In this document: positions 45,946-55,513 of the stretch, piece by piece
Layout of the letters: each line of letters starts with the position of its first letter
How positions within the stretch are numbered: the first letter of the stretch is position 1
NCBI GenBank assembly: GCA_963783435.1
Contig: CAWANQ010000014.1
Span: 105,239-169,238 of the forward strand
DNA length: 64,000 nucleotides
Source of the DNA: an uncultured Bacteroidota bacterium
GTDB lineage: Bacteria > Bacteroidota > Bacteroidia > Bacteroidales > GCA-2748055
Reading direction: 5' to 3'
The notes under the pieces: model-generated
What the model was told of the DNA's origin: nothing
The model's input: the letters and a program-made list of their open reading frames with translations, nothing else
Databases searched by the model: none
Program-made: the position numbers and the translations under genes

Positions 45946-46950
45946 GTGAGCTTATCACTTCCACATATTCCCATTCCTCTGGGATTTAAGTTCCTGAAAA
46001 GAAAGGCCATGGTAAATCCATTGATTGTAAATTATCACATGGTATCTGATCAGGATTTGCCATACATCAATAACCTTTATTCCTACAGGAACGTAGATAC
46101 ATTTGTCCGGGATCTGGATTTTTATAATAGATATTTTCACCCCATTGGAATGGCTGAATTCCTGGATAGCATTAAAAATGGGACTGAGCTACCTGAAAAT
46201 TCGGTTCTACTTACTTTTGATGATGGTTTCAGGGAAATGAGTGAGATTGCAGCTCCACTTTTGCTTGAAAAGAATATCCCTGCCACTTTTTTTATAACTA
46301 CTGATTTTATTGACAATCAGAAACTTAATCATGATAACAAGCAGAGCCTGTTAGTTGACCGTTTGAAAAGTGGCATATCATCGATGGGATATAATAAAAT
46401 CATGAAGCTTATGGAGGATTCCCAAATCCCTGGTAAGCGTTTACATGAGCGAATATTGAGAATCCCATATAAGGAAAGTCAATTGTTGGAAGAGATTGCT
46501 AGCATAGTTGGAATTGATTTTCCCTTATTTCTTAGGGATCAGAGGCCCTATATGACGTCTGCTCAAATCAAAGGACTATTGGATGAAGGTTTTACTGTGG
46601 GAGGACATAGCTGTGATCACGCCCGTTTTTCTGAATTATCTCATGAAGAACAATTAGAACAGATTAGCTTAAGTATTGACGTTCTGGCTAAAAGATTCTC
46701 AGTCGATTATCGAGTTTTTGCTTTCCCTTATTCTGACAGGGGAGCAAGTGCATCCACGTTTGAGGTAATTTCTAAAGAGTTGGATGCAAGCTTTGGAACA
46801 CATGGACTTTTAGAGGATCCTGTAAAGACACATTTTCAACGCATCAGTGTGGAGAAATGGAATCAGTCTGCCAAAAAAACAGTCAAATACCACTATGGTC
46901 GCAGGTTGGTATATATGCAATTAAACAGGAAATATATCCAGAGGTCATAA
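45946..46950 (+). CDS. Polysaccharide deacetylase (CE4/NodB, IcaB/PgaB-like)
   Basis: VNYH, LLTFDDGF, PATFF, VGGHSCDH, FAFPY. Confidence 0.88.
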   Translation: MSLSLPHIPIPLGFKFLKRKAMVNPLIVNYHMVSDQDLPYINNLYSYRNVDTFVRDLDFYNRYFHPIGMAEFLDSIKNGTELPENSVLLTFDDGFREMSEIAAPLLLEKNIPATFFITTDFIDNQKLNHDNKQSLLVDRLKSGISSMGYNKIMKLMEDSQIPGKRLHERILRIPYKESQLLEEIASIVGIDFPLFLRDQRPYMTSAQIKGLLDEGFTVGGHSCDHARFSELSHEEQLEQISLSIDVLAKRFSVDYRVFAFPYSDRGASASTFEVISKELDASFGTHGLLEDPVKTHFQRISVEKWNQSAKKTVKYHYGRRLVYMQLNRKYIQRS

Positions 46951-47062
46951 TCCCGGCCGAAGCATAGTTTCATTGGAGCTTCATATTTGCTAGATTTCTG
47001 CTCAAAGCGATGGTAATCATATTATTTTGTATATTGAACTTGCGAAGGCACTCTGTACTGAT

Positions 47063-47860
47063 ATGAAAAGGCTTCAAGTAGTAATTTCGACTTTGTTATT
47101 TATACTTACATTTCAGGTCTGTAAGTCACAGACGGATGTGAAGATCTCAAAACCGGAGCTGGAATTGGAGGGAAACAAAGTTAAAATTACCTATGATATT
47201 AGTGATTATAAACCTGATGATGTTTTCATTGTTTGGATAGAGATTACAGATGCCAATGGAAGATCAGTCAATGCAAAATCTATTACCGGAGATATAGGCC
47301 AGCAGATTAAGGGAGGAATGAATAAAGAGATATCATGGGATTCTGAAGCTGATGGTATCGTTCTGAGCGAGGGGATGTCCATTGAGGTTTACGCCGAATT
47401 GATAACACCTTCAAAAACTGATACACCTGAAAATTTGCAGGACGGGGCGAATAGTTATAGCACTACAAACATTGTGTTGCAATCCCTGTTATTTCCGGGT
47501 TTAGGGCTATCTCGTGCAACTGGTCAGCCCCATTTTTTAAGAGGTATTGCCGGATATGCATGTATCATAACGTCGATTGCTTATAACCAAATTTCGCAAA
47601 GTACTTATAATGAATATAGAGGAGAATATGATATTGTGTCGAGGGATGAATTGTATAACACTTCCGCATCACAGGATGGTGTATCTGAAGCATTTGCTTA
47701 CGCGGCAATTGGTATTTGGGTAATTGACATTGTATGGAATGTCATTGGTACCTCAAAACTAAACAAACAATCAAATGGGCAGGCCCACAAGTTTACAATA
47801 TCCCCCGGCATAGAACCCGCTACAATGGCTCCCATACTGGCTTTTAGTTTAAAGTTTTAA
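47063..47860 (+). CDS. Exported hypothetical protein: beta-rich N-terminal domain plus C-terminal hydrophobic region
   Basis: Signal peptide; KITYDI...SITGDIG...KEISWD; SLLFPGLG...GIWVIDIVW; ends ...LAFSLKF. Confidence 0.7.
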   Translation: MKRLQVVISTLLFILTFQVCKSQTDVKISKPELELEGNKVKITYDISDYKPDDVFIVWIEITDANGRSVNAKSITGDIGQQIKGGMNKEISWDSEADGIVLSEGMSIEVYAELITPSKTDTPENLQDGANSYSTTNIVLQSLLFPGLGLSRATGQPHFLRGIAGYACIITSIAYNQISQSTYNEYRGEYDIVSRDELYNTSASQDGVSEAFAYAAIGIWVIDIVWNVIGTSKLNKQSNGQAHKFTISPGIEPATMAPILAFSLKF

Positions 47861-47879
47861 TATTCTAAAAATTGAAACT

Positions 47880-49033
47880 ATGGGAAAAATGAGCATAAAA
47901 AGGATCATCTGTTTTTTAATCTGTTCCCTGTTTCCAATTTTACTTATCGGACAGGTTATAAAGAGCGAGAAAGCATATTTAAAAATCAAAACTGATCCAG
48001 TTGTTCTCAAATCTGAGAATCTTAAGAATAGCCCAAAAATTGAGATTATTGACCGGCTTTCAGTGGGTCATCAGAATATGTAACTAATGAATCTGTAATT
48101 TCTATTTTAGGAGCTGTTTCTGATAATGGTACAATTGAATCCATAAGCTTGAATTCTGAATTTCTGAAATTCTCGGAGTCGGGCGAGTTCACACATCAGT
48201 TGGAATTGTTTCCAGGTGAGAATACAATCGTGGTGGGGGCTTTGGATAATGACATGAATTATGAAGTAAAAAGGTTTGTAATCAGTTATGTTCCTGTCAA
48301 AATTTCTCTTGCAGAAAAGACAAGGCAAGAGTCTAAATACTATGCACTTATCATTGGAATTAATACTTACCCTGATCATTCCATTCCATCTCTTGAGAAT
48401 CCTTTACGTGATGCCCAGAAGTTGTCTGATGTTCTTACCTCAATGTATACATTTGATAAAGATAATATACGCTTCATTAGAGATGCCAAAAGGGAGGAGA
48501 TCATTTATGCTTTGGACAACCTTTCGAGATATATTACGCCCAATGATAATTTATTGATTTTTTATGCAGGTCACGGAGATTTCGACGAAGAGGCAAATAT
48601 TGGCTATTGGCTCCCTTCCAATGCAAGAAAAATGTCTACTGCCAATTGGTTTGGTAATAGTCAACTTGTAGATTACCTGAAAAAGATAAAATCAAAACAT
48701 ACACTTTTGATTACGGATGCTTGTTTTAGTGGCTCCATCTTTACTTCCAGGTCAGCTTTTTCCGATGCGCCACTTGCCATTGAAAAATTGTATGAACTTC
48801 CCAGCAGAAAAGCCATGACAAGCGGGACACTGACTGAGGTGCCAGATCAGAGTTCTTTTGCAAAATATTTGATTGATCGATTGGAAGAAAATTCGAATCA
48901 ATACCTTTCAGCTCAGGATTTGTTTAGCAGTATTAGACCTGCTGTGATAAATAACAGTGATGCAGTTCCACAATATGGAGAGATTAAAAATGTGGGTGAC
49001 GAAGGTGGAGAATTCATTTTTATACGTAAATAG
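47880..49033 (+). CDS. Caspase-family (peptidase C14) protein with N-terminal signal and Ig-like domain (frameshift near 48060)
   Basis: YYALIIGINTY, LENPLRDA, catalytic His in IFYAGHG, catalytic Cys in ITDACFSG; signal MSIKRIICFLICSLFPILLIG. Confidence 0.88.
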
Positions 49034-49079
49034 TAATTCGTTGTTTTCAAAAATTAAGATTCTCAAACACAAGGTTCAA

Positions 49080-51950
49080 ATGTATCAAGGTATAGTAAAA
49101 TTTTACAGTACAATAATATTTTTGGTATTCCTTGGTGGCTGTTTAAGTTACGGGCCAGAGCGTATTTTCGTAGTTGATACGAGTTTGGTAAATGATATTA
49201 CTGATGCTTCATGCTCTGTATCTGGAGTGATCATTGACCTGGGCGAAAAACCAATAAACCAACACGGGTTTTGCTATTCTACCAATCCTGACCCATCTAT
49301 TGAAAAGAATGAAGGTATAGTCGATCTAGGGAAAGCTAATGCTGTCGGGGAATATAGTACTATAATTAGCGGACTTTCGCCTGAGACCACCTATTATATT
49401 CGGGCATTTATTTCGAATTACGATTTGTCCACCTACGGTAAAGTAATGAACTTCACTACTAGCAAGGAAGTTAAGGTAGCAAGTGCAACTGTAACAACAA
49501 TTGCGGCCAAACACATTCTGGAATCATCAGCAGTTTTAGGGGGTGAAGTAACAGGGGATGGCGGTGAATCTGTAATGGAACGCGGGATTTATTACAGTAC
49601 ATCTTCTGATCCTGTTAATAATGGGACTAAAGTTGCCATAGGAATGGGCCTCGGTGTTTTTTCTACGACAATTTCAGGATTAGCCAGTAATACGCAGTAT
49701 TTTTTCGCTGCATTTGCAACCAATAGCAATGGGACTAGCTTTGGTGCAACTTTGAATTTCATTACTGACGAGAAGGCTGCAGGAGAAGAGCCTATTGTGG
49801 CTACTGCAACAGCGAATAATATTAAGGAAACATCAGCAACCTTAGGAGGAGAAGTAACAGGTGATGGTGGTGAGTCTATAACGGATCGTGGAATTTATTA
49901 CAGTACTTCCTCTGATCCGGGTAATAATGAAACCAAAGTAAACCTAGGAGTGGGTCTTGGTGTTTTTTCAACTGAAATTACTGGATTGGCTGGAGATACT
50001 GAGTATTATTATACTGCATATGCAAGCAATAGCATTGGAACCGGCTTTGGTGCAATATTAAGTTTTACTACAGGACAGTCAATCGTCAAACCTACAGTTA
50101 CAACTACCGTTGCCTCTGAGGTTTCAGAGACTTCAGCAACTATTGGAGGAAATGTAACCAGCCAGGGAGGAGCACCAGTTACGGAAAGAGGTATCTTTTA
50201 TGGCACATCCTCAGATCCGATAAACACGGGAGCAAAGATTCTAGTTGGGAGTGGAACTGATACATTTTCAACAACCTTGAGTGGACTGATAGATGGGACG
50301 AGGTATTATTATGTGGCATTTGCTACGAATAGTGCCGGGACTTCCTATGGGACTACACTAAGTTTTAATACCACAGAAACAGTTGTTCCGCCTTCAGTAA
50401 CGACTTCTTCTGCAGTTTCAGTAACAGAGACAACGGCTGTTGTTGGAGGAAATGTAACTGATGGTGGAGGAGGTATAGTAACAGAACGTGGGATTTATTA
50501 TGGCACTTCTTCTGACCCCAAGACCACAGGGGCGAAGTTGGCCATTGGCACTGACATTGGACCATTTTCAGCGACCTTGAGTGGATTGATAGACGCTACA
50601 CGATATTATTACGTAGCATATGCTACAAATAGTTCCGGTACAAGCTATGGAACCACACTAAGTTTTACTACTTTAGAACCGATTGTTTTACCTTCAGTAT
50701 CGACAGTTTCCGCAACTTCTATTACAGAGATAACCGCCATAGTTGGTGGAAATGTTTCAAATAGTGGAGGAGGTACAGTAACAGAACGTGGGATTTATTA
50801 TGGCACCTCATCCAATCCAGTATCTAACGGAACAAAGATTGCATTAGGAGATGGTACAGGTCCATTTTCAACCACCTTAAATGGATTGATAGATGGGACA
50901 AAATACTATTATGTTGCCTATGCTACAAATAGTGCCGGTTCAAACTATGGTAACATACTAAATTTCACAACTGATCAAACAATAGTTAAGCCGTCTGTCA
51001 CAACCAGTTCTGCTAGTTCAATAGCGGAGACAATGGCAGTGTTAGGGGGGAATGTAACTAATGGAGGAGGAGGAACAGTAACAGAACGCGGGATTTATTA
51101 TGGCACTTCTTCCGATCCTAAGACAAACGGGACTAAGGTGCAAATCGGGAGTGGGACAGGTCCATTTTCAAAATCCCTGAGTGGATTGGCAGATGGGACA
51201 AAGTATTATTTTGTCGCATTTGCTTCCAATAGTGCAGGTGTGGGATATGGAAGTACACTAAGTTTTACGACTGCGGTTAGTAATACAGTAACTGATGTTG
51301 AAGGTAATGTCTATCAGACTGTTGTGATTGGTGATCAGAGATGGATGGCCGAAAATCTTAAAACAAGAAGATATTCTGATGGGTCCTGGCTTACATTGGT
51401 AGAGAGTTCAACGGCATGGGATGGTTTAGGCTCCACAAGTAAGGCGTATTGTTACTATGACAACGATGCCTCAAATGCCAATACATACGGAGCATTATAT
51501 ACGTGGCCTGCAGCGATGAACGGTGTAAACAGCAGTGATGCAAATCCAAGCGGGATTCAAGGAGTTTGCCCCTCAGGTTGGCATTTGCCTAGTGATGAAG
51601 AATGGAAACAACTGGAAATGCATTTGGGGATGAGTCGGGCTCAGGCAGATAATACCGAGTATAGAGGTACTGATGAAGGAGGCAAACTTAAAGAAACAGG
51701 TTATACCCATTGGGAAAGTCCGAACACCGGAGCAACTAACAGTAGTGGTTTTTCAGCCCTCGCAGGTGGTTATAGACTTTCTACTGGAATTTTTGGTTAT
51801 TTTAATTCCGTTGCAGCTTACTGGACGTCAACCCATCATTCAAGTGATAGAGCAATGGATAGAGCACTACATCATGATGGTTCACAAGTCTACCGCAGAG
51901 ACTTACCAAAATCAGCTGGATATTCGGTAAGATGCATCAGGGATGAATAA
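49080..51950 (+). CDS. Lipoprotein with seven Fn3-like repeats and a C-terminal FISUMP (Fib_succ_major) domain
   Basis: Lipobox FLGGC; DVEGNVYQTVVIGDQRWMAENLK, YGALYTW, CPSGWHLPSDEEW, GYSVRCIRD. Confidence 0.9.
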   Translation: MYQGIVKFYSTIIFLVFLGGCLSYGPERIFVVDTSLVNDITDASCSVSGVIIDLGEKPINQHGFCYSTNPDPSIEKNEGIVDLGKANAVGEYSTIISGLSPETTYYIRAFISNYDLSTYGKVMNFTTSKEVKVASATVTTIAAKHILESSAVLGGEVTGDGGESVMERGIYYSTSSDPVNNGTKVAIGMGLGVFSTTISGLASNTQYFFAAFATNSNGTSFGATLNFITDEKAAGEEPIVATATANNIKETSATLGGEVTGDGGESITDRGIYYSTSSDPGNNETKVNLGVGLGVFSTEITGLAGDTEYYYTAYASNSIGTGFGAILSFTTGQSIVKPTVTTTVASEVSETSATIGGNVTSQGGAPVTERGIFYGTSSDPINTGAKILVGSGTDTFSTTLSGLIDGTRYYYVAFATNSAGTSYGTTLSFNTTETVVPPSVTTSSAVSVTETTAVVGGNVTDGGGGIVTERGIYYGTSSDPKTTGAKLAIGTDIGPFSATLSGLIDATRYYYVAYATNSSGTSYGTTLSFTTLEPIVLPSVSTVSATSITEITAIVGGNVSNSGGGTVTERGIYYGTSSNPVSNGTKIALGDGTGPFSTTLNGLIDGTKYYYVAYATNSAGSNYGNILNFTTDQTIVKPSVTTSSASSIAETMAVLGGNVTNGGGGTVTERGIYYGTSSDPKTNGTKVQIGSGTGPFSKSLSGLADGTKYYFVAFASNSAGVGYGSTLSFTTAVSNTVTDVEGNVYQTVVIGDQRWMAENLKTRRYSDGSWLTLVESSTAWDGLGSTSKAYCYYDNDASNANTYGALYTWPAAMNGVNSSDANPSGIQGVCPSGWHLPSDEEWKQLEMHLGMSRAQADNTEYRGTDEGGKLKETGYTHWESPNTGATNSSGFSALAGGYRLSTGIFGYFNSVAAYWTSTHHSSDRAMDRALHHDGSQVYRRDLPKSAGYSVRCIRDE
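49170..51275 (+). repeat. Seven tandem ~300-bp intragenic repeats
   Basis: Unit PxVTT...GGxVT..GG..VTERGIYY...FS..L.GL...T.YY..A.ATNS.G..YG..L.FTT; DNA motif GAACG(T/C)GGGATTTATTATGGCAC at ~50483, 50783 and 51083, with weaker copies at ~49579, 49885 and 50183. Confidence 0.9.
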
Positions 51951-52103
51951 TGTTGAGAGTTTTAAGATTCTTTTAGTGCAAAATATGAGCACCTTAGGTA
52001 TAGAGAGGCAATAGCGATTCCATGGCCTAAGGAACTTTTCATTGACTATTTGCGTATACCAATTGAAGCAAATTATTATTGTTAAATGTAATTGTAGAAC
52101 ACT

Positions 52104-53093
52104 ATGTCAAAAATCATTGTAACAGGAGGAGCAGGTATGATAGGCTCCAATTTAGTAAAGCAATTAGTTGATCTAAATCACGAAATCATTGTAATAGATA
52201 ATTTATGGCGAGGCAAATTGGAGTATTTGTCTGATCCTGAAACTGGCGAAAATTATATAGACATTGAAAAGGCATTTTTCAATTTGGATCTTTCTCAGGA
52301 GATTCTCGATATTGACCCCTTTATAGGTACTGATTATATCATTCATCTCGCTGATGTGGTAGCGGGAATTGGATATGTTTTCAATAACCAGGGAAGCTTA
52401 TTCAGACAGAATCTCCTCATCAATTCAAACACAATTGATCTTGCCAAAAGGTTAAATGTGAATGGATTTATTTATGCTGGAACTGCATGCTCTTTTCCTC
52501 TTGAACTACAGGATTCATTTGAATACAGCCTTCTGAAAGAAGATGAGTTATATCCTGCCAATCCGGAATCGGCATATGGTTGGAGCAAGCTTATGGGTGT
52601 TTATGAAGCTGACTTATTGGAAAAGGAATCAGACATTAGGGTTTTGTCTTTACTGTTCCACAATGTTTACGGTGCTCCGTGTGACTTCTCTGAGGAACGG
52701 AGTCAGGTCATACCTTCTCTTATTCGGAAAGCGATTAATTACCCTGAAGAGGGTTTTGAAGTGTGGGGCAGTGGGAAACAGGGGAGAGCTTTTTTACATA
52801 TTGATGATGTAGTGAATGCGATTATTTTGGGGTTGGAGAAAGGACTTGGTAAAGGATATATACAGATTGGACCGGATTTCAGTACGACTATTGCAGAATT
52901 GGCCTCCACCATTGTTGAGATCTCAGGTAAAGATATTAAAATTGAATTTGATACTTCAAAACCCGAAGGAGATAAAGCCAGGGCTGCTGATTTTCGACTG
53001 GCCAGGGAAGTTCTTGGATGGGAACCCTTGGTTAGTTTGAAATCTGGTTTAGAGAATACATATGTTTGGGTAAAAAGTCAAATTGAAAGGTAA
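52104..53093 (+). CDS. NAD-dependent epimerase (GDP-mannose 3,5-epimerase-like extended SDR)
   Basis: VTGGAGMIGS, HLADVVAGIGY, AGTACSFP, PANPESAYGWSK, VWGSGKQGRAF. Confidence 0.8.
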   Translation: MSKIIVTGGAGMIGSNLVKQLVDLNHEIIVIDNLWRGKLEYLSDPETGENYIDIEKAFFNLDLSQEILDIDPFIGTDYIIHLADVVAGIGYVFNNQGSLFRQNLLINSNTIDLAKRLNVNGFIYAGTACSFPLELQDSFEYSLLKEDELYPANPESAYGWSKLMGVYEADLLEKESDIRVLSLLFHNVYGAPCDFSEERSQVIPSLIRKAINYPEEGFEVWGSGKQGRAFLHIDDVVNAIILGLEKGLGKGYIQIGPDFSTTIAELASTIVEISGKDIKIEFDTSKPEGDKARAADFRLAREVLGWEPLVSLKSGLENTYVWVKSQIER

Positions 53094-53326
53094 AGAGGTC
53101 AAAAGAATATCTGCTCACTTATTGATGGGTTTTTTCTTTATTTGCCACTTTCTACATCATTATTTATTAGAAACCAGAAAACTTTCTAATTATTGGAAAC
53201 CATTTGCAAAAAACAACGTAAAGTTTCAATAACAACATTATTACTTGAATAGCTTAAGACCAGCTGCATTTGGGTCTTCTGATCCTTTTCAGTTTAATAT
53301 TTATATTTACTTATCATTGTTTTAAA

Positions 53327-54478
53327 ATGGAGAAAAAGATTAAGGTTGTATTTATATGGAGATTTTTGTTATACTATCGAGTTGATCTTTTTGAAAGGAT
53401 AAACGCTAAAGAAAACATTGATTTTACGTTCATTCACGGAAACGACTTTAAGAACAGTAAATTTGTTAATTATAAGGGTGAAATAGGTTTTAAAAGTAAA
53501 AAGCTCAGAAGCCTGAAATATGGGATAGAAGAGAGTGCAAAATATTTGGTCTATTGGCCTTCTCTTTTCTATCAACTCGTCAAAATCAGACCTGATGTTA
53601 TTGTTTTTGAAGGTGAATCAAATATTATAAATAATATATCGGTTCTTCTATATTCTTTGATTTTTAGAAAGAAGATTAATTGGTGGAGTTTAGGTCTGAT
53701 TCCTGGATTTAAAGAAACCAAATGGCAAAAATTCTATAAGCCTTTTATGCTATTATTGTTAAAGAGAGCAAAGCATATAATTGGCTACTCTGAATATACA
53801 AAGAATTATTACTCCCAGTACGTGAGCAAAGATAAAATTCTTGTAGCTAATAACTGTCTTGATAACGAGAAGATTGACAGAGAGATAGAAAAATGTAGAG
53901 AAGAATCAGCTGAACTTAAAAAGGAGTTGAATTTTGAAGATAAGTTTGTAATTATTTATGTGGGTGCCCTTATAAAGCGAAAAAAGGTGGACCGACTGAT
54001 AAAATCGTATCAAACCCTAAAAGCGGACTATCCAGAATGTGCAATGATACTTATTGGCGGAGGTATTATTGAAGATGAACTGAAGGAGTATGTGGCGTCA
54101 AACAACATTGAAGATATACATTTTGCAGGTAAGATTTTCGAAGGAATTAGCAAGTACTTTCTTATGGCAGATTTGTTTGTTCTCCCCGGATTGGGCGGAT
54201 TATCTATTTTTGAGGCCATGGTTCATGGTTTACCCGTAATTTCTGCGAGTGCAGATGGAACAGAATTGGATTTAATTCAAGAAGGTCAAAATGGATATAT
54301 TCTAAAAACAGATTCAGTTGAAGAGTTAAACGATTTATTATCCAGGTTTCTGGATGACAAAGGGATGGCGGCATCTTTTGGGAAAATATCCAGAGAAATA
54401 GTGGATACTAAGATTAATATTGAGAATACAGTTGGTACATTTATGCAGGCTATTGAGAATAGTGTGAATGGTAAATGA
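53327..54478 (+). CDS. Glycosyltransferase family 4
   Basis: YYR, YVGALIKRKKVD, FVLPGLGGLSIFEAMVHGLPVI. Confidence 0.9.
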   Translation: MEKKIKVVFIWRFLLYYRVDLFERINAKENIDFTFIHGNDFKNSKFVNYKGEIGFKSKKLRSLKYGIEESAKYLVYWPSLFYQLVKIRPDVIVFEGESNIINNISVLLYSLIFRKKINWWSLGLIPGFKETKWQKFYKPFMLLLLKRAKHIIGYSEYTKNYYSQYVSKDKILVANNCLDNEKIDREIEKCREESAELKKELNFEDKFVIIYVGALIKRKKVDRLIKSYQTLKADYPECAMILIGGGIIEDELKEYVASNNIEDIHFAGKIFEGISKYFLMADLFVLPGLGGLSIFEAMVHGLPVISASADGTELDLIQEGQNGYILKTDSVEELNDLLSRFLDDKGMAASFGKISREIVDTKINIENTVGTFMQAIENSVNGK

Positions 54479-54935
54479 GAACTCAAATAAAAAGAAGATA
54501 CTTGCTGTTTCTTCTTCGGGAGGACACTGGATTCAATTATTAAGGTTAAGACCTGCATTTAGTGATTGTGAGGTAGTATTTGCCTCAACCAATAAGGGGA
54601 GCGCTTCCGAAGTAGGTGGATATGAATTTTTTCATATCATCAATGCAACCCGTAAATCGCCATTTAACTTTTTTCCTATGTTTTTTCAAATACTAAGAAT
54701 AATGGTTAAGGTTGAACCCGATATAATTATAACAACCGGCGCAGCTCCAGGACTGATAACTCTTGCAATTGGGAAGCTTTTCCGGACCAAAAACATTTGG
54801 ATAGATAGCATCGCCAATGTGGAGGAAATGTCCACCAGTGGGAAAAAAGCTCGATTTGTAGCGGATCTCTATCTCACTCAGTGGGAAGCACTCTCAACAC
54901 CTCAAGGTCCGATCTTCAAAGGATCAATACTATGA
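54468..54935 (+). CDS. Alg14-like glycosyltransferase subunit (PssD/Cps14F)
   Basis: AVSSSGGHWIQL, PDIIITTGAAPG, WIDSIAN, YLTQW. Confidence 0.9.
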   Translation: MVNENSNKKKILAVSSSGGHWIQLLRLRPAFSDCEVVFASTNKGSASEVGGYEFFHIINATRKSPFNFFPMFFQILRIMVKVEPDIIITTGAAPGLITLAIGKLFRTKNIWIDSIANVEEMSTSGKKARFVADLYLTQWEALSTPQGPIFKGSIL

Positions 54936-55412
54936 GAATATTTTTAGTCGTGGGTACTCAATTTCCTTTCGACCGCCTGGTTAAGCTGATTGATCATTGG
55001 GCCGCTGGGAAAAAACATATACAAATAACCGGACAAATTGGATACGGTAAGTATAAACCTGAAACATTTTCGGGTATTCCCTATATTAAAGGCGACGGAG
55101 TTTAACCAGATTTTCAAGGAGTCAGATTTAATTATCACCCATGCAGGGATGGGGATCATATTAAAATCTCTTGTTGCATCAAAACCCATAGTAGTTTTAC
55201 CAAGAAAACTTGAATTAAAGGAAGTGAATACAAATCATCAAATAGCTACAGCAAGAGCGCTTGCTAAAATGAACTATATTCATGTTGCATGGGATGAACA
55301 AGAGTTATTGGAATACTTAGAGAATCCTGCCAAAATCTCATCAGAAGTTCCAATTGGTGCATATGCTTCAGAAGCATTAATTTTGAGCCTTAAGGAATTT
55401 ATTCATTCTTGA
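54932..55412 (+). CDS. Alg13-like GT28-C subunit (PssE/Cps14G), frameshift near 55070
   Basis: MRIFLVVGTQFPFDRL...GQIG; ITHAGMG, VLPR, NHQ. Confidence 0.88.
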
Positions 55413-55513
55413 TGCATTTTTATTCAATGAATAATTACTACACTGACCCCCTCCCTTAAACCACAACGGTCTTAATGTTGAGAAATACGGCCGGGATAAC
55501 AAGCACATAGCTG

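Noticed and set aside
49170-51275. Periodic repeats as a CRISPR array
   Set aside because: The period is ~300 bp, in frame and coding; there are no short repeat-spacer units and no cas genes.
51780-51950. FISUMP C-terminus as a diversity-generating retroelement variable region
   Set aside because: No reverse transcriptase and no adenine-variant template repeat were seen in the window; a remote DGR cannot be excluded.
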